From NCBI GenBank assembly GCA_951804945.1, contig OX638159.1:61814001-61878000 (forward strand): a DNA stretch of 64,000 nucleotides, given 5' to 3'. The notes under the pieces are model-generated. The model was given only the letters and a program-made list of their open reading frames with translations. It searched no databases and had not been told where the DNA came from. Position numbers and translations under genes: made by a program. This DNA is from Podarcis cretensis. Its lineage: Eukaryota. Position 1 is the first letter of the stretch, and each line of letters opens with the position of its first letter. Positions 24,208-38,116 of this stretch are shown here, piece after piece.

Positions 24208-25619
24208 CTCGCTCTCTTTGTGTGTGTGTGACAGAGAGGGAGCAATGTGCATATCTTGCATGCCCTTGCATTTTACAAGCCCAATCTCAACAAGCACACA
24301 GGCCTCCAGGATGGAGGATCAAGAGAGCTGTGTAAGTGTGCGCAGAAACTAGCCTCCCGTTTTTGCATTTGGGGCTTTGCCCTCTTTTGCCATGAGCCTC
24401 ATCCACCACAGGCAAGTGGCCCTCAGAAAATTGCCCAGAAAAGAATGTAACCCTTGGTTGTAAAAAGGTTCTAAGCTGACTTTTGGAATGAGCAGAGGGG
24501 TGGACCTGATGGTTTTGTTTCTTTGTCCAGTTGCTATGATTCTATGGGCACTTTCTGATACAAGAATTGTAGGGTATATCCACAACATTTCATGTGGCAA
24601 TGTAAATGCTATTGGAAACCACAATTGCTTTTGAGTCACCATGACCACATGATGTATGGCCCTCTCACATTATGGGGTGGATACACACAGACACAAAAAT
24701 GCTCGCTTTCATAATGTATTAAGCAACTTTCAAAGTTTCACAGCACAATTTTGTATCGGGGAATTGGACTTTATGAGACTTGATTGCATGAATTGAGCCA
24801 ATATTGATAATCATGGTTACATTTAACAATTAGTCTCACTCGTTTCATCTAGATACAGGCAGCAGCATATTTTGGAATACCATTTTAAATATTTTCTTTT
24901 CTTTAGAATAAAATTTGTAAGCATTAAAAAAAACAACTTGCTGACAATAGTAACAGGCATTTTGCTAAGCCATCATCACCCTTCAAACCTCTTGCATGTA
25001 GCCTCACCCATTTCGCTGAACTTATTCCTTTCTTCCCAGCAAGGCAAATGAATGCTACATTTGCTGCAGCATGATGGTTTGGAATAGGGATATTAATTTC
25101 CATACTTCTGTGAATCATTCCCAGCTTTCTGTTCGAGGACAGCCGAGGAGTTGCTGTTGCTTCGGAAACGGGACCCAGTTGAAAAGCATCTGGGAGCAGA
25201 AGAGCAGATCTATTCAGTGCAGCAGAAATCTCACTCACACACTCAGGGAGGGTCGCTGGAGTGCGCTGTTACTCACAATCAGGTTTTGTAATCAGTTTCA
25301 GCAGGGAAAGTTGGAGAGTTTTCTTTTGAATGCCAGCGGAGCATGATCAACATCTGAAATGCGCTTTCATCTGAATCCCGAGAATCAGTGTGACTCAGTT
25401 TCATCAAACCATGCTGTTTGGTTTGGGATGAACTCAACTGTTGCTCCATCCCTGGCCATTCTAACAACACATAGGAATGAATTGCTTCAATTGGTGCCAT
25501 AAGTGGGCACTTCTTACTTTGCTCCTGATGCTGGTATTTCCTTATTAACAGATGTGATGGTCAACACACCATCTTTTTCTGCATTGAATGCATGCAGAAG
25601 TTCTGTTGTGCCTTGGAGA

Positions 25620-25800
25620 AAGGCTGTATCCCAGTGGCAGAGTTTCTGCTTTGCATGCAGAAGGTTCCAGATTCAATCCCTGTCATCGCAAGCTAGGGCT
25701 AGGAATGGCCCTTCCTGAAACCCTGGTGAGCTGCTGCCAATGAAGACAGGACTGTAATAGATGGAACAATGGTCTAACATGGAATAAGGCAGCTTCCTAT
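25620..25800 (+). mobile_element. Old tRNA(Ala-like)-headed SINE; further fragments near 26130-26230, 26455-26730, 32005-32170 and 45655-45830
   Basis: Degenerate A/B boxes around ttgcatgc, and a shared tail (tagatggaccaatggtctgactc-like) repeated across the window. Confidence 0.5.
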
Positions 25801-26308
25801 ACGCCTATGACACCTCTGCTTGAAGACCTCCAGTTGAGGGAGATCCTACCCAACCCCTCTATGCAATCCGTTCCCTTTTCAAAGTGCTCTTACCATCAGA
25901 ATTTCATCTTTTTTTGCAACTTAAGCTCATGAGGCCCCGTTCTGCCCTCTGGAGCAGTGGTTGTCCCACTCTGGGATGGGGCAAACCAGAACTCAGGCTG
26001 GGTGCAAGGTGAAGATCAGGTGGATAATGGGCAAACTGAGGTGAGGCAAGGTAAGGAAGCTCAGGCTATGTCCTAGAAACACAGAGCTCCAGTGTTGCTT
26101 CAGCAAGGGACAAACTGGCCCCAGGTTATCTGGGACAGATCCCTTCCTGAAACCCTGGACAGCCTCTGCTAATCAGTGTAGACAATATTGAGCCAATGGT
26201 CTGATTCAACAGCAGGTGGTTCCATATGTTCTTCTCTTCCATTATAGACTTAATTAAATATATGTTTCTCCTCTGCCCTAGTGCCCAGTCTCTAAGGGTG
26301 GAATATAG

Positions 26309-26444
26309 CAGTGTTTCCCAACCTTGTGCCTCCAGCTGTTTTTGGACTACAATTCCCATCATCCCTTGCCACTGGTCTTGCTAGTCAGGGATGATGGGAG
26401 TTGTAGTTCAAAAACAGCTGGAGGCACAAGGTTGGGAAACACTG
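26309..26444. mobile_element. 136-bp palindromic hAT (Charlie-like) MITE
   Basis: Long near-perfect inverted arms beginning CAGTGTTTCCCAACCTTGTGCCTCCAGCTG; 8-bp TSD GAATATAG. Confidence 0.9.
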
Positions 26445-28302
26445 GAATATAGGAAGCACTCTTGTGCTGAGTCAGACCTTTGGTGCTACTAGCTCAGTAT
26501 TGCAGCTGGAAGACTTCATGCATGCAGACCATATGCTCTGGAACTGAGATGAGGCCTCTTCCAACACAAGCAAGCTGCCTTATACTGAGTCAAAGCACGC
26601 GTCTATCTTGCTCAGTATTACTTACACCGGCTCTCCTAGGTTTCAGAGAAGGGTCTTACCTAGCCTTATGTGAAGATGTTGAGGATTGGACTTGGGACCT
26701 ATCACATGCAAAGCAGACGTTCTGCCACTGACCTGCAAAAAATGCTTTCCCAGCATGCTTCTGTCCCCTACGTGTGTCTGTGCACTTCATTGCTTTCCAT
26801 TGCCAGGCCTTGCAAAAGTCCATGGAGAGTGGGGCGTGGTGGGACCCTTGTCTTCCCACCTTTAATATTCCTTTCTGTTCCTCATCTTCTCTGATTTTAT
26901 CCCCACCCCACCCCTTCTCATTTTCCCAGTGCAGTTTAGTTCACAGTTTAGTTTGGTGATTTTTTATTGCATCATCAATATCGTCTCCAGCCAATCACCA
27001 GCCTCGGATGCCCTTTGCCTCTCCAACAGCATCCGTAAATAATAGCAAGAAGTATTTGAACTTTCTGGTGGGTCCCGAGCCAAGTGCTGGAGCCAGCTTG
27101 ATGGTCTCTAGAAGTCATTTGCCAACAGCTTGTATACCCCAATGGGTGCTGATTGCTCTGATGAGTCGCCTTGTTCCTGGAAGCTAAATCCCGGGGAAAT
27201 CTAGTCTTAGGAGAATCACAGTGGTTCTTAAAGGGCAACTTCTGAACGATTTCCAGCAAAGCATTACCTAGAAAAGCTGGCATTGTTCCTCGGTGTGACA
27301 TTCTTCTACTAATGCAAGTGTGCAGGGGGTTTGAAGTCCTGTTCTTTTCAAAAAAAAGGAACAAACCCAACCTTCTACAGTACATTTTATTTCATTGTGC
27401 ATACCTCAAGAAAGGCAGGGAGAGAGGGAGCTAACCTTTGTCTCTAAGGAAGGGCTAATCACAGTCAGGAATGGGGAAGAAATGTTATTTCAGTTCACGT
27501 TTAAAGGCAAATCTACCTGATTTGCATTTTCTGAAACAATAGCCATCCCTTGGTATGTGCACTTCTCTGAATTTTGCAATACTGCTCTCCCACCAAAGTC
27601 ATGTGTACAAAAATGCAAATACTAGGGTAATGTGTGAATAAACATCTGCATATTAGTGAAAATAATACACCCAGAAAGAAACCTGATTTGCAATAAATGT
27701 GTATATTAGGCAAAACTTCATCAAGAATATTGGGAGAAATTCACACTAAAATGCAGACCCTCCAAGTGTCCCTATTTTCCAGGGACAGTCTTGGATTGAT
27801 AGAAGCCGTCTCAGTTTCTGATTTCATCCTGGAATGTCCCACTTTTCCTTAGGACATCCCTATTTTAATTGAATACATGTTGGAGGGTAAGGTAGAATGG
27901 TCCCATTTTCATTGGAGAAATGTTGGTGGGTATGGAACAGGATGCTCAAGGGGTTTCCCTCCCCCCAAGCTGGAACTCACTGGAACTCAGGTGGGCACTG
28001 TTGCCATTCTAAGAAAATGAGGGAGGAGTTCCTGGTGAGTTTTCGCCCTTCGTTTTCCAGAAAAAATAGCACTGGACATCCCTATTTTCATCAGAGAAAT
28101 GTTGTAAGGCATGAAAATGCTGTTAAATTTCCTTGAAGACTTTTTTTTTTTTTAAAGCACAAAATCTTGTGGAAATGTGGAGAATTTAATATTTCAAACT
28201 GGGAGAAACCGAAATTGACCGAGCCACCTATCCCTAATCACAATGCTCACCTGTGGTGTTGACACGAAGGACCTCACCATTTTGTGAGGTTTTACAGAAA
28301 TA

Positions 28303-28527
28303 CAGTGGTACCTCAGATTGCAGACGCTTCAGGTTACATATGCTTCAGGTTACAGACTCTGCTAAACCAGAAATAGTACCTTGGGTTAAGAACTTTGCTT
28401 CAGGATGGGAACAGAAATCGTACAGTGGCGGTGCAGAAGCAGCAGGAGGCCCCATTAGCTAAAGTGGTGCTTCAGGTTAAGAACAGACCTCCAGAACGAA
28501 TTAAGTTCTTAACCCGAGGTACCACTG
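28303..28527. mobile_element. Tigger/pogo-like MITE
   Basis: TA|CAGTGGTACCTC...GAGGTACCACTG|TA. Confidence 0.85.
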
Positions 28528-29559
28528 TAATGAACATTTCATGAGATCTAGAAACCTCTTCCCCAACTCCCTTATTATGAAACAGGGACTATCCTCCACC
28601 AAAGAAACAAGATTGATAAGGCTAGGGCTGCAAATCGAGGAGGTTGTATCTGATGCTAGTCCTACTTAGAGTAGGTCCATTGAAATGAATGAAAATGTCT
28701 AACTTGGGAGTGATTAATTTCAATGTGGCTACTCTGGGTAGTACTTGGTTGGTGCAGACCCATGGAGCATGACCATGGGGCAGTAGCTGTGGCTCCTGTA
28801 GCTGCTACATGCAACCTCCTGACCTGATAGCTTTCCCATCCTTAATAACTGGTAGAAATACCTTGGCCTTCTTTTCCATCCCTGCTTTACACTGCGACTC
28901 CAGCATGGCGCTTAAATCCCCTTATGTGGCCTGGATACATATTTTATTTTATATATTTATTCCAGAATGTATAAGCCACTCTACATTCAGGGGAAATGCC
29001 TGAACCGTGTACAGAAATAAAAGATAAAACGTATCAGGAAAAACAGGAGTGAAAACATAAAACCCTATAAGGTTTTTCTAAAACAACTCTGGAGTTAGAA
29101 TGAGCTGATATGGGAGGAAAGGAAACCTTTCTAATAAATGGGGTGGGGGGCTTGCTTGACTTCCAAGGGGAGAGAGCTGGTGTCAAGGTGTTAAAAACAC
29201 ATGACAACATCCTTTAGAGCAGGGGCACCTGACATATGGCGCCATCCTTAATTTACAGAAACCTCCCAATGAAGTGATCATTGGTGCATGGTGCCCATCA
29301 GGGCTGGTAGAGCAGGAGGCAAGGAGAAGATGCTGGAGCCCCTGACGGGCAAAGCAAACCCCTGCTCCCCAAAACAAGAAAGAAGGCAGGTGGATGGGGT
29401 CTGCTGAGGACAAGCCGAGGTTGGTGGGGCAATGTCCCATTTTCCCCAACTGACTGTTCATTCATCCATGCCCTAGGGGTGGAGAAGAATGTAGCCCACT
29501 AAACATTTTTAAGTGAACCAACCCAGTTCTCCACTGCTTCAGGGATCAGAACACACTTA

Positions 29560-29805
29560 CAGTGGCACCTCGGGTTAAGAACTTAATTCATTCTGGAGGT
29601 CAGTTCTTAACCTGAAACTGTTCTTAACCTGAAGCACCACTTTATCTAATGGGGCCTTCCGCCGCTGCTGCTGCTGCGCCGCCGGAGCACGAATTCTGTT
29701 CTCATCCTGAAGCAAAGTTCTTAACCCAAGGTATTATTTCTGGGTTCTGAGTCTGTAACCTGAAGTGTCTGTAACCTGAAGCGTCTGTAAATTGTGATAC
29801 GACTG
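29560..29805. mobile_element. Tigger/pogo-like MITE (right TIR degenerate)
   Basis: TA|CAGTGGCACCTCGGGTTAAG...; same body as the other copies. Confidence 0.8.
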
Positions 29806-30098
29806 TATTATCCTTTGGATTTCGCACTTGCAATACAATCCTGGCTCAAAGGACATACCAAAAAAATAATAAGAATTGCAGTAAAAATGTGTGTTTGGGG
29901 TTACATTTAGAAATTCATACCTTGAAATTGGAATACTTAAACAGTGTTTAAAAATGAATTCCCATGCACATATTTTTTATTAAAAAACAACAACAGCTTC
30001 AGACAAATGCACAACTGAAAATAGGATGGAACGGAATGCATGTGAAATTGGCGTAGTTTGGAAACAGACTGATGTGTCAACTCCCACTGTGTGAATGT

Positions 30099-30134
<36 letters not shown>

Positions 30135-30658
30135 TCAAATAATGCATCCCATATCTGGGTGCGAGGTCCATCCAAGCACCATTTATTAAGATTTGCAGGA
30201 GGCTTGTCTTTCCTTTCCTGTCCACCCCAACTGCAGAAAAGCTGTGTTGCATCGGGAGCGCGCCTGGGATGGTGGTATTAGCAGCAGTATTAAAAATGCA
30301 TTGGATGGCGCAGGGTGGGAGATTAGTTGTATAGAAAGACCCATGAATGAGGGGTTAATTACATTCAAAGAGGCCATTGGCAGGAGCAGGAAAGGCAATG
30401 GGTTTCTTTTCTTCGAAATTTACTAAATAGCTGGAAACACGGTTTAATGAATTTTAATGGGATGATACCAAATTCCATGCATATTGCAGTTCCTGATGGG
30501 AGGAAGTCAAGGTATTGTTGAAAGGAATCATATTGCCCTACTTTAGGTTTCACAGTTCAGTCTCTCTCCCTGCTCCCCCCCTTCTCTCTTTTAATTCTCA
30601 CAACAAGCACTTTCTACAGAACATGTCTGTAGTATAGTGTTATGGCAAAGGTAAAGGT

Positions 30659-31281
30659 GGGACATGGGTGGCGCTGTGGCCTAAACCACAGAGCCTCTTG
30701 GGCTTGCTGATCGGAAGGTCGGCAGTTTGAATCCACATAATGGAGTGAGCTCCCGTTGCTCTGTCCCAGCTCCTGCCAACCTAGCAGTTTGAAAGCACAC
30801 AGTAGATACATAAGTACTGCTGTGGCAGGAAGGTAAACGGTGTTTCCTTGCACTCTGGTTTCTTTCACGGTGTTCTGTTGCACCAGAAGAGGTTTAGTCA
30901 TGTTGGCCACATGACCCGGAAAGCTGTCTGTGGACAAATGCCGACTCCCTCAGCCTGAAAGTGAGATGAGCATCACAACCCCATACAGTGGTTCCTCGGG
31001 TTAAGAACTTAATTCGTGCTGGAGGTCCGTACTTAACCTGAAACTGTTCTTAACCTGAAGCACCACTTTAGCTAATGGGGCCTCCCGCTGCTGCCACACC
31101 ACCGGAGCATGATTTCTGTTCTCATCCTGAAGCAAAGTTCTTAACCTGAGGTACTATTTCTGGGTTAGCAGAGTTTGTAACCTGAAGCATATTTAACCTG
31201 AAGCGTCTGTAACCCTATGTACCACTATAGTCAGGTTTGACTAGACTTAACTCTCCAGGGGTCCTTTACCTTTACCTTACT
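30659..31281 (+). mobile_element. Sauria SINE (longer, divergent subfamily) interrupted by a MITE at 30986-31227
   Basis: tRNA-related head, gtcatg..ggccacatgac core, (ACCTTT)n tail; TSD TAGTGTTATG (30635-30644, 31282-31291). Confidence 0.85.
30986..31227. mobile_element. Tigger/pogo-like MITE inserted in a Sauria SINE
   Basis: TA duplicated at 30984-30985 and 31228-31229; the SINE sequence resumes after it. Confidence 0.85.
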
Positions 31282-32170
31282 TAGTGTTATGTGTTTGGGG
31301 TGGGGGAAAGTAGGCTATCTGCAAAGACCCTCTCAACCCCTGGATCCAGCAAGTGTTAAAATATAAGCCAGGCTAGTTTCCTGATGAAGTGATTGCCTGG
31401 GTGATGGGCCATGAAGGGAAACAAAGGAAAGGGGCTCTGTGTGAGATGGCAAATGAGTGGCAGCTAGCAGTCCATTAGAAGAAAAGGCTGGTTCTGAGCT
31501 GCAGTGATGTGGGCCAGAAGCAAGGCAGCAAGCTGGAGAGAGAATCTGAACAATGTTTAATTTCTGTTTGAATCCAAGGCTGTGCCTATCAGATAAACAA
31601 GACCATTTTGGGGTGTTAATGCTGGGAGCATCCGGTTGTATATATGTGTAAATAAGCCATATATCATAAAGACACCACAGTTTCCACTGTGCCTCATTCA
31701 AAAAGGAAACACGAACCCTCAGTAAGTGCTTGAAATCTGCCACCCACCCACCCAGAGAGAGATGGCCTTATTCATTCCCTCTCCCACCTCCTAAAAATGA
31801 ATGATAACTGGGGGGAAAGAGGCGAGCAACCAAGGAGGAGCCTTCAGTCCAAATAGATTATATCACTGTTATGTAACATGTGGGCTGAACTGGTAGAAAG
31901 CAGCATTTCGTGTCTCTTTAAAAAAACACAAAGCCTGTACTGGAGGCATGAGTTCACAACCTGCTTTTGGACACACATTGAATCTTCTTTCATTTGTAGA
32001 AAGAAGGGCTGTAGTTCACTAAATGAACAGCTGCTATGATTGCAGAATTCTCAGGTTCAATCCCCAATTGCGTAACCAGGTAAGGCTGGGATAATGTCCC
32101 CTGTCTGAAACTCCAGACAGCCTCTGCCAATCAGTGTAGCTGAGCTAGACAGACCAATTGTCTTACTCAA

Positions 32171-32304
32171 AGAATCATGGAATCGTAAAGTTGGACTAGA
32201 TATCTAGTCCAATACCCTGCATTGAAGGAATCTTTTGCCCAACATGGGACTCAAACTCACAACCCTGAGATTACGAGTCTCATGCTCTATCAACCGAGCT
32301 ATCC
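32171..32304 (-). mobile_element. tRNA-Lys(CTT)-headed short SINE with CR1-like tail
   Basis: Reverse complement TAGCTCGGTTGATAGAGCATGAGACTCGTAATCTCAGGGTTGTGAGTTTGAGTCCCATGTTGGGC resembles vertebrate tRNA-Lys-CTT, followed by a tail shared with the copies at 46290, 50855 and 58083. Confidence 0.7.
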
Positions 32305-35300
32305 TCAGTCGAAGGTGGTGTCTTATGCTGCTAAGTTGCACCTCGTACTTCCTCGAAAGAGATTGTGTGGCATGCGTGGCTTCTCCCTCTCATTTTATAC
32401 CCACAACCACCCTGTGAGGTAGCCCGAGCAGAGATATATGGAACGAGAGTGGGGCACAGTGAAGAGGTAGGAGCACAAAAAAGCTAGTAGGTTTGGGGAA
32501 AGGACCTCTGCCTAGAGGCTTAGAGAAAACACACTGTGTCTGTTTAGAGACTAGGAACACGCACTTGTGGCTTTTGTCTCCCTTTCAGTACTGCAGCTTG
32601 AAATGTCAAACGGCCACACACAAACACAATGGTAGTAAACACATTTGCGATGCCTCTGTCCACTTCCTTGGAATGAAGTATGAGACTTAATGTCCATGTA
32701 ACCTTACACAGGATCAAACAGCATTTGTCAAAAGCCATAAGGTTTTGACACAGTAGTATCAGTCTCTCTCTTTCTCATAGTCACAGATGAGCCCAAGAGA
32801 CTGATCAGTAAGGGAAATCTAAGTCTCCATGCCACCATAGCAATTGGCCATTAGAGGGAGCTGTAGACTGGCTCTCTGCTGTCCCTAGACACCACCAAGA
32901 GATCTGGCCAGAGAGGCATACAGCAGCAGTTGTCAGGTGACATGGGACAGCCAATAGGGTTCCACTGTGCCTTATAAAGCTTCAGGCACCCAGTCATTCC
33001 CCACATTCTTGCTGTAGGGGGTGCAGACTGGTTGGTGCCTCCTGGTTTTGCCTCTAAGTTGGCACTGCCATTCCTGGAAGCTAATGCAGCATGGCATGTA
33101 TTAAACCATTGAATCAAGGGACTACTTCAAAATATAAATGAGAACTCCAGACTGGAAGAGGTTGTGGGGAACCTGAGAGCGTATCTTTTGCTCAGGTTGT
33201 GAAAGCAGTGGTGTTTCTCCCTCAGCTGTGGGCCTAGAAGGCAAAAGAGTTTTCTCAGCTGTGAGAAGAGAGGCTGGCTGCCACCATCACTTCTCTCAGA
33301 GACTGAGAGGGCAGGGACTGAATTGGCTAGAGCTGATTTCTGAGTAACTTCCAGTGAGGGCAGTAAACCCACATGTTTCATCTGCCATGCAAGCACACGT
33401 GGCAGAACCGGACCTCCTGGTGTCGTTCAACTCTCATCTCCCATCAGCTCAAGTCAGCATGGTCATTGGTCTAGGATGATGGAAGTTGGGATCCAACAGC
33501 ATCTGTAGGGCCAAAGCTTCCCCACCCTTGCTGGTAACCAAGAGAGATTAAGAAACATGCTATGATTGGCCTATTCCAACCAGTCAATATTCTGTATCGG
33601 TTGAAGTTTCTGGATGCTTTTTCAAGGGCAGTCCCACATATGAGTGTGTTACAGTAATCAAGAGAATAATACAGTTTCTAACATATGCTGAATCTCAGTT
33701 CATGGGAACCACAGGAGGGGAGAGGGCTGTTGTGCACAAATTCTGCTTGAGATTTCCCCACAGGCATCTGGTTTACCAGCATGAGAAGAGGCTGTTGGAC
33801 TAGATGGACCATTGGCCTAACCCAGCAGGTCCTTTTCATGTTCTTACGCTTTGGGTGCAATATTCCAGCATCTCCTACTACCAATATCGAGTTATATATT
33901 ATTTTGCTAGCCTCTAAGATTGTGCATTGTGCAATTTCCCCCCTTCCCCTCTGATTCTAAAACAAAAGACTCTAGCATGGATAGGTTTTCGCCAAATGCC
34001 ATACATTGATACTAGTGCACTAGCTAGAACGCCCTCTCTAAGCATGCACACATCCATTCGTCAGCAGATTTCACCTCCAATAATGGGTAGCTTTCATTAT
34101 TTATATTTGTGTTGCTGTTTCCACGCCACAGGTTTGCCTGTCCGTTGCATGTATTAGTCCTCCTCCCTCTGTGGAAAGTGACTGAGCCTTTGAAACCCAA
34201 GAAATGCTCAGCTCCCAAAGGGGAACGAGGGAGGGGTTCTGGGGGGGGGAGGGAGCGTTAACCTTTGCCTCTAATAAATCAGCCAACAAAACACAAAAAA
34301 GGACCCTGCACCCGACTTGCCTGCCTTGCGATGCTTTTGCGAGACACCAGAGCAATGCTGCCCCATTGTGGCTTTCTCTGATCAGTTCTCAATCTGGGAA
34401 AGCACCTGGATCTGAGAAGACCGTGTGGTTCTTCCATCCTTTTTAAGGAGGCCTCAATGACAGGGTTTGTTTTTTTTTGGGGGGGGGGTGTTTTCAGCTC
34501 CCAGTTGTGCATTCTACCTCAAAGGATTTCACAGCACACCTCAAAGTTAACAAAGAAACTCCTGGCTGCTGTTCTTTCCCTAAACACCCCGTCACGAATT
34601 GCAGCTTGGTTTCAGGTCTGTATTAACTCATTCGCTTCTTTTCCCCCCGACGTCTCGCATTAAAATACATGCTGTTGAAAACATATCTGGGTGATGCAAA
34701 ATGTTCCCTAATGTTTGGCCTAGATATCAGCCCTTGGTCTGGGGTAGCTTTGCACTGACAGGATCTTCTTCAGTGGCCCTGAAGCTGGAATCATAATAGG
34801 GGTTCATGCTGAATGTGCATCTTGAACGAAATACATCAGGGTCTGGGGCACGGGAATTGCACGTGTATAAATAGCCTTTAGGTCTGAAGGGCTGCAAACG
34901 TTTTATTTTGCAAAATGGGATCTTACATTCCTCCCAAAGGAATGGCGGCTAGGTTAGAAAGCCTACGTCTCGGGATTGTGGTGAGGATCTCAGCGGTAAT
35001 ATAAAGCACTTTGATCCATCCAAAAGTGCAGATACTGCAAATTTGGCCTTACTGCATTGGTCAGGTAGGGTGGAGTTAAATTCATTGAACCATACAAGTG
35101 ACCCCTTGCTTTGGTTTAGCCATCAGAGTGAGTGAAGAAATTCCTCAGTAATGTGACATGTCTGAAGGACAGTGGCATTTTGCGTTTGGGCCGAAAGATA
35201 GTTAGGGATGGCTGCTTCTTTTAACTACTTCTTCAAAGATTTCAGTATCTCTCTAATAGCAGGAAAGAGCAGTAGAAACTCCTTCCTTCCCAGCAAGTTT

Positions 35301-36190
35301 TCGCCCACCCCCCACCCCACTGCTTGGTTTTGATATTTCAATCTCGTTTCAATTTCTGTCGTTGCTTTTTTCTCATTTCGTCTCAAGAGGCACTACTGCA
35401 CCTCTTATACTTTATTGTTTTCTTTCTTTTGTCTGCAAATATCACATCTGGCTCCGTGCAATCTATTGTTCTGTAAGTATTGACATGATTATCCCGAGAG
35501 ATTGCAAAATTAGGATTCTCTCGAAGGGAGAAAATAGATGATATGTGAAATGCATGGCTGCCATTTTTTATTTTTTTATTTTTAGTGGGTGCAGGAAAGG
35601 GAGAGATCAGCATCATAACCACAGCCACCCAGGGAGGGGAGGGGATGGCTACCTTCATCCAGAGAGGGGGAACATCTCAGCCTAAGATTGGATGGACATG
35701 ATCTGGGATTTATTTGCTTAATATGTAAGCAATTTGCAAAAATTATATACTGCTTGATTGGGGGGGGAACCCTCAAAGTTATTTACAAAAAGAATAAAAC
35801 AATAAATTCATTAGTGAAATCAATTAAAAATTAAAAACAACAATAAACTAAAAACACATGAGCATTCTAGATATCTGGGTAGTCTTTTATCTAAACAAAA
35901 AAATGTTTATAACAAGGACCAAAAAGAGTACAGTGAAGGTGCCTGCCTGGTTTCAATAGACAGGGAGTTCCAAAGTCTAGGCACTGCCACACTAAAATAT
36001 ATTTATTTCTGACAAGTGCAGAAAGGGTATTATGTGGCACTGGAGAATTCTCTCCAGTGGGTGATCTCACTGGGTGAATTGTTCTCAAAGACCCACCTAG
36101 CATGTGAATTAATCAATATCTGAATACCTTTTTCCTTACTGCCCCTATGTGACAGAAGAAACTTTGCTGAGGATGCTATTAATCATAATA

Positions 36191-36424
36191 AAGGACCCCT
36201 GACCATTTGGTCCAGTTGTGGCCGACTCTGGGGTTGCGGCACTCATCTCGCTTTACTGGCCAAGGGAGCCGGCGTACAGCTTCCGGATCATGTGGCCAGC
36301 GTGACTAAGCCAATTCTGGCGAACCAGAGCAGCACATGGAAACGCCGTTTACCTTCCTGTTGGAGAAGTACCTATTTATCTACTTGCACTTTGATGTGCT
36401 TTCGAACTGCTAGGTTGGCAGGAG
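36191..36424 (-). mobile_element. Sauria SINE, 5'-truncated
   Basis: Matches the full-length copies; 13-bp TSD ATTAATCATAATA. Confidence 0.88.
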
Positions 36425-36751
36425 ATTAATCATAATAGACAGTGGTTTTTGGAATGGCCTTTTTGGTGGTGGTGCCATATCTTCCCACCTGACAAAACTT
36501 GCATGGGCTTCTCTCATTCATACCCCTTTTGGAAATAGCATTTTTAGGTGGCTCTCCACAGAAGCTGGCAGAGAGGGCAGTGACTGTACCCCTCTGTTTC
36601 CGAGTGGCTTGAGTTGATGTCATTTGGCGAGTAGGTTCTTTTAAGCGACCTGTATTTCTACCATGTGTGTTTTAACTGGTAGCAAACCACTTCAAGTGGG
36701 TTGTATTACTGTTGTTAATGATATTAATATTGCTGTGATTTATATGGAAGT

Positions 36752-37155
36752 TTGTTGTTTAGTCGTTTAGTCGTGTCCGATTCTTCATGACCCCATAGAC
36801 CAGAGCACGCCAGGCACTCCTGTCTGCCACTGCTTCCTGCAGTTTGGCTGATTTCCTTCAGAATGGATCAGTTTGATCTTCTTGCAGTCCATGGGACTCT
36901 CAAGAGTCTCCTCCAGCACCATAATTCAAAAGCATCCATTCTTCTGCGATCAGCCTTCTTTATGGTCCAGCTCTCACTTCCATACATCACTACTGGGAAA
37001 ACCAGAGCTTTAACTATACGGACCTTTGTTGGCAAAATGATGTCTCTGCTTTTTAAGATGCTGTCTAGGTTTGTCATTATTTACTCCCAAGAAGCAGGCG
37101 TCTTTTAATTCCATGACTGCTGTCACCATCTGCAGTGATCCTGGAACCCAAGTAG
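36752..37155 (-). mobile_element. RTE-BovB LINE, 5'-truncated, with ~185-bp internal deletion
   Basis: Peptide MTNLDSILKSRDIILPTKVRIVKALVFPVVMYGSESWTIKKADRRRMDAFELWCWRRLLRVPWTARRSN; TSD TATGGAAGT (36743-36751, 37156-37164). Confidence 0.92.
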
Positions 37156-37929
37156 TATGGAAGTAGGATGGAAAAATCAGAAGGATTTTAAGCTGTCACT
37201 TTTTTAAAGGAAAACTTTTGCAATGGTGTGGAGTAGGTCATTCAGTCCATGTTGAAGCCTCACCTTATGATCATCACTTTCACCAGGCCTCTCTCTGGGG
37301 GCCAACATGCCTGGGCAATTTCTTGGGTCCCACTGACCCCCCAAGCCCCCGACAGATGCGTATCTTTTAAAAGGGGTGGGAATCTTCGGCCTCAGTCCCA
37401 AATGTCCCTCCCCCAGGCCTTTCTATTTGTCCCTCCAGAAGGTGTGGCCTCAGTGAGGGGGTGTGGCCTGGGATGAGCCACAAGAGCCAAATAGAAAGGG
37501 TCAGGGATGCATTTGGCCCTTGTGACTCTCCTCAGACCACACCCCCTCCCTGAGGCCACACCCTCTGGAGCACTTCAGCCTGGCTACAATGTGTTCTTGA
37601 ACTGTGGCAATGCCTCTTCCATACCCTCCAGTTGTCCCTGTTTTCCAGGGATATCCCCAATTTAGTTTCTGATTCGATCCTGGAATGTCCCACTTTTCCT
37701 TAGGATGTCCCTATTTTTCATTGGTGAAATGTTGGAGGATACAGTAGGATGTCCCTATTTTCATTGGAGGGTATGGAGTTACCTGACCCATCTGAAGGCA
37801 ACCCTGTATAGGGAAGTTTTTTAATGCTCTATTATGCTTTTTTTTATATATATGTTGGAAGCTGCCCAGTGTGGCTGGGGCAACCCAGTAAGATGTGTGG
37901 GGTATAAATAGTAAAATTATCATTATGGA

Positions 37930-38116
37930 CAAAACAAAATAAAAAAAATCCTTCCAGTAGCACCTTAAAGACCAACTAAGTTAGTTCTTGGTATGAGCTT
38001 TTGTGTGCATGCACACTTCTTCAGATACACTGAAACAGAAGTCACCAGACCCTTCTACTGGAAGGAATTTTTTTATTTTGTTTTGACTATGGCAGACCAA
38101 CACGGCTACCTATCTG
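37930..38116. mobile_element. Penelope-like insertion made of two inverted pseudo-LTR pieces
   Basis: 37930-38057 matches the 23.9-kb copy; 38055-38116 is the reverse complement of that copy's terminus; 12-bp TSD TATCATTATGGA (37918-37929, 38117-38128). Confidence 0.85.

Noticed and set aside
36840-36855. BovB internal deletion as a spliced-out GT-AG intron
   Set aside because: The GT/AG lie on the strand antisense to the element and the junction is one G short of an exact splice; GG microhomology deletion explains it better.
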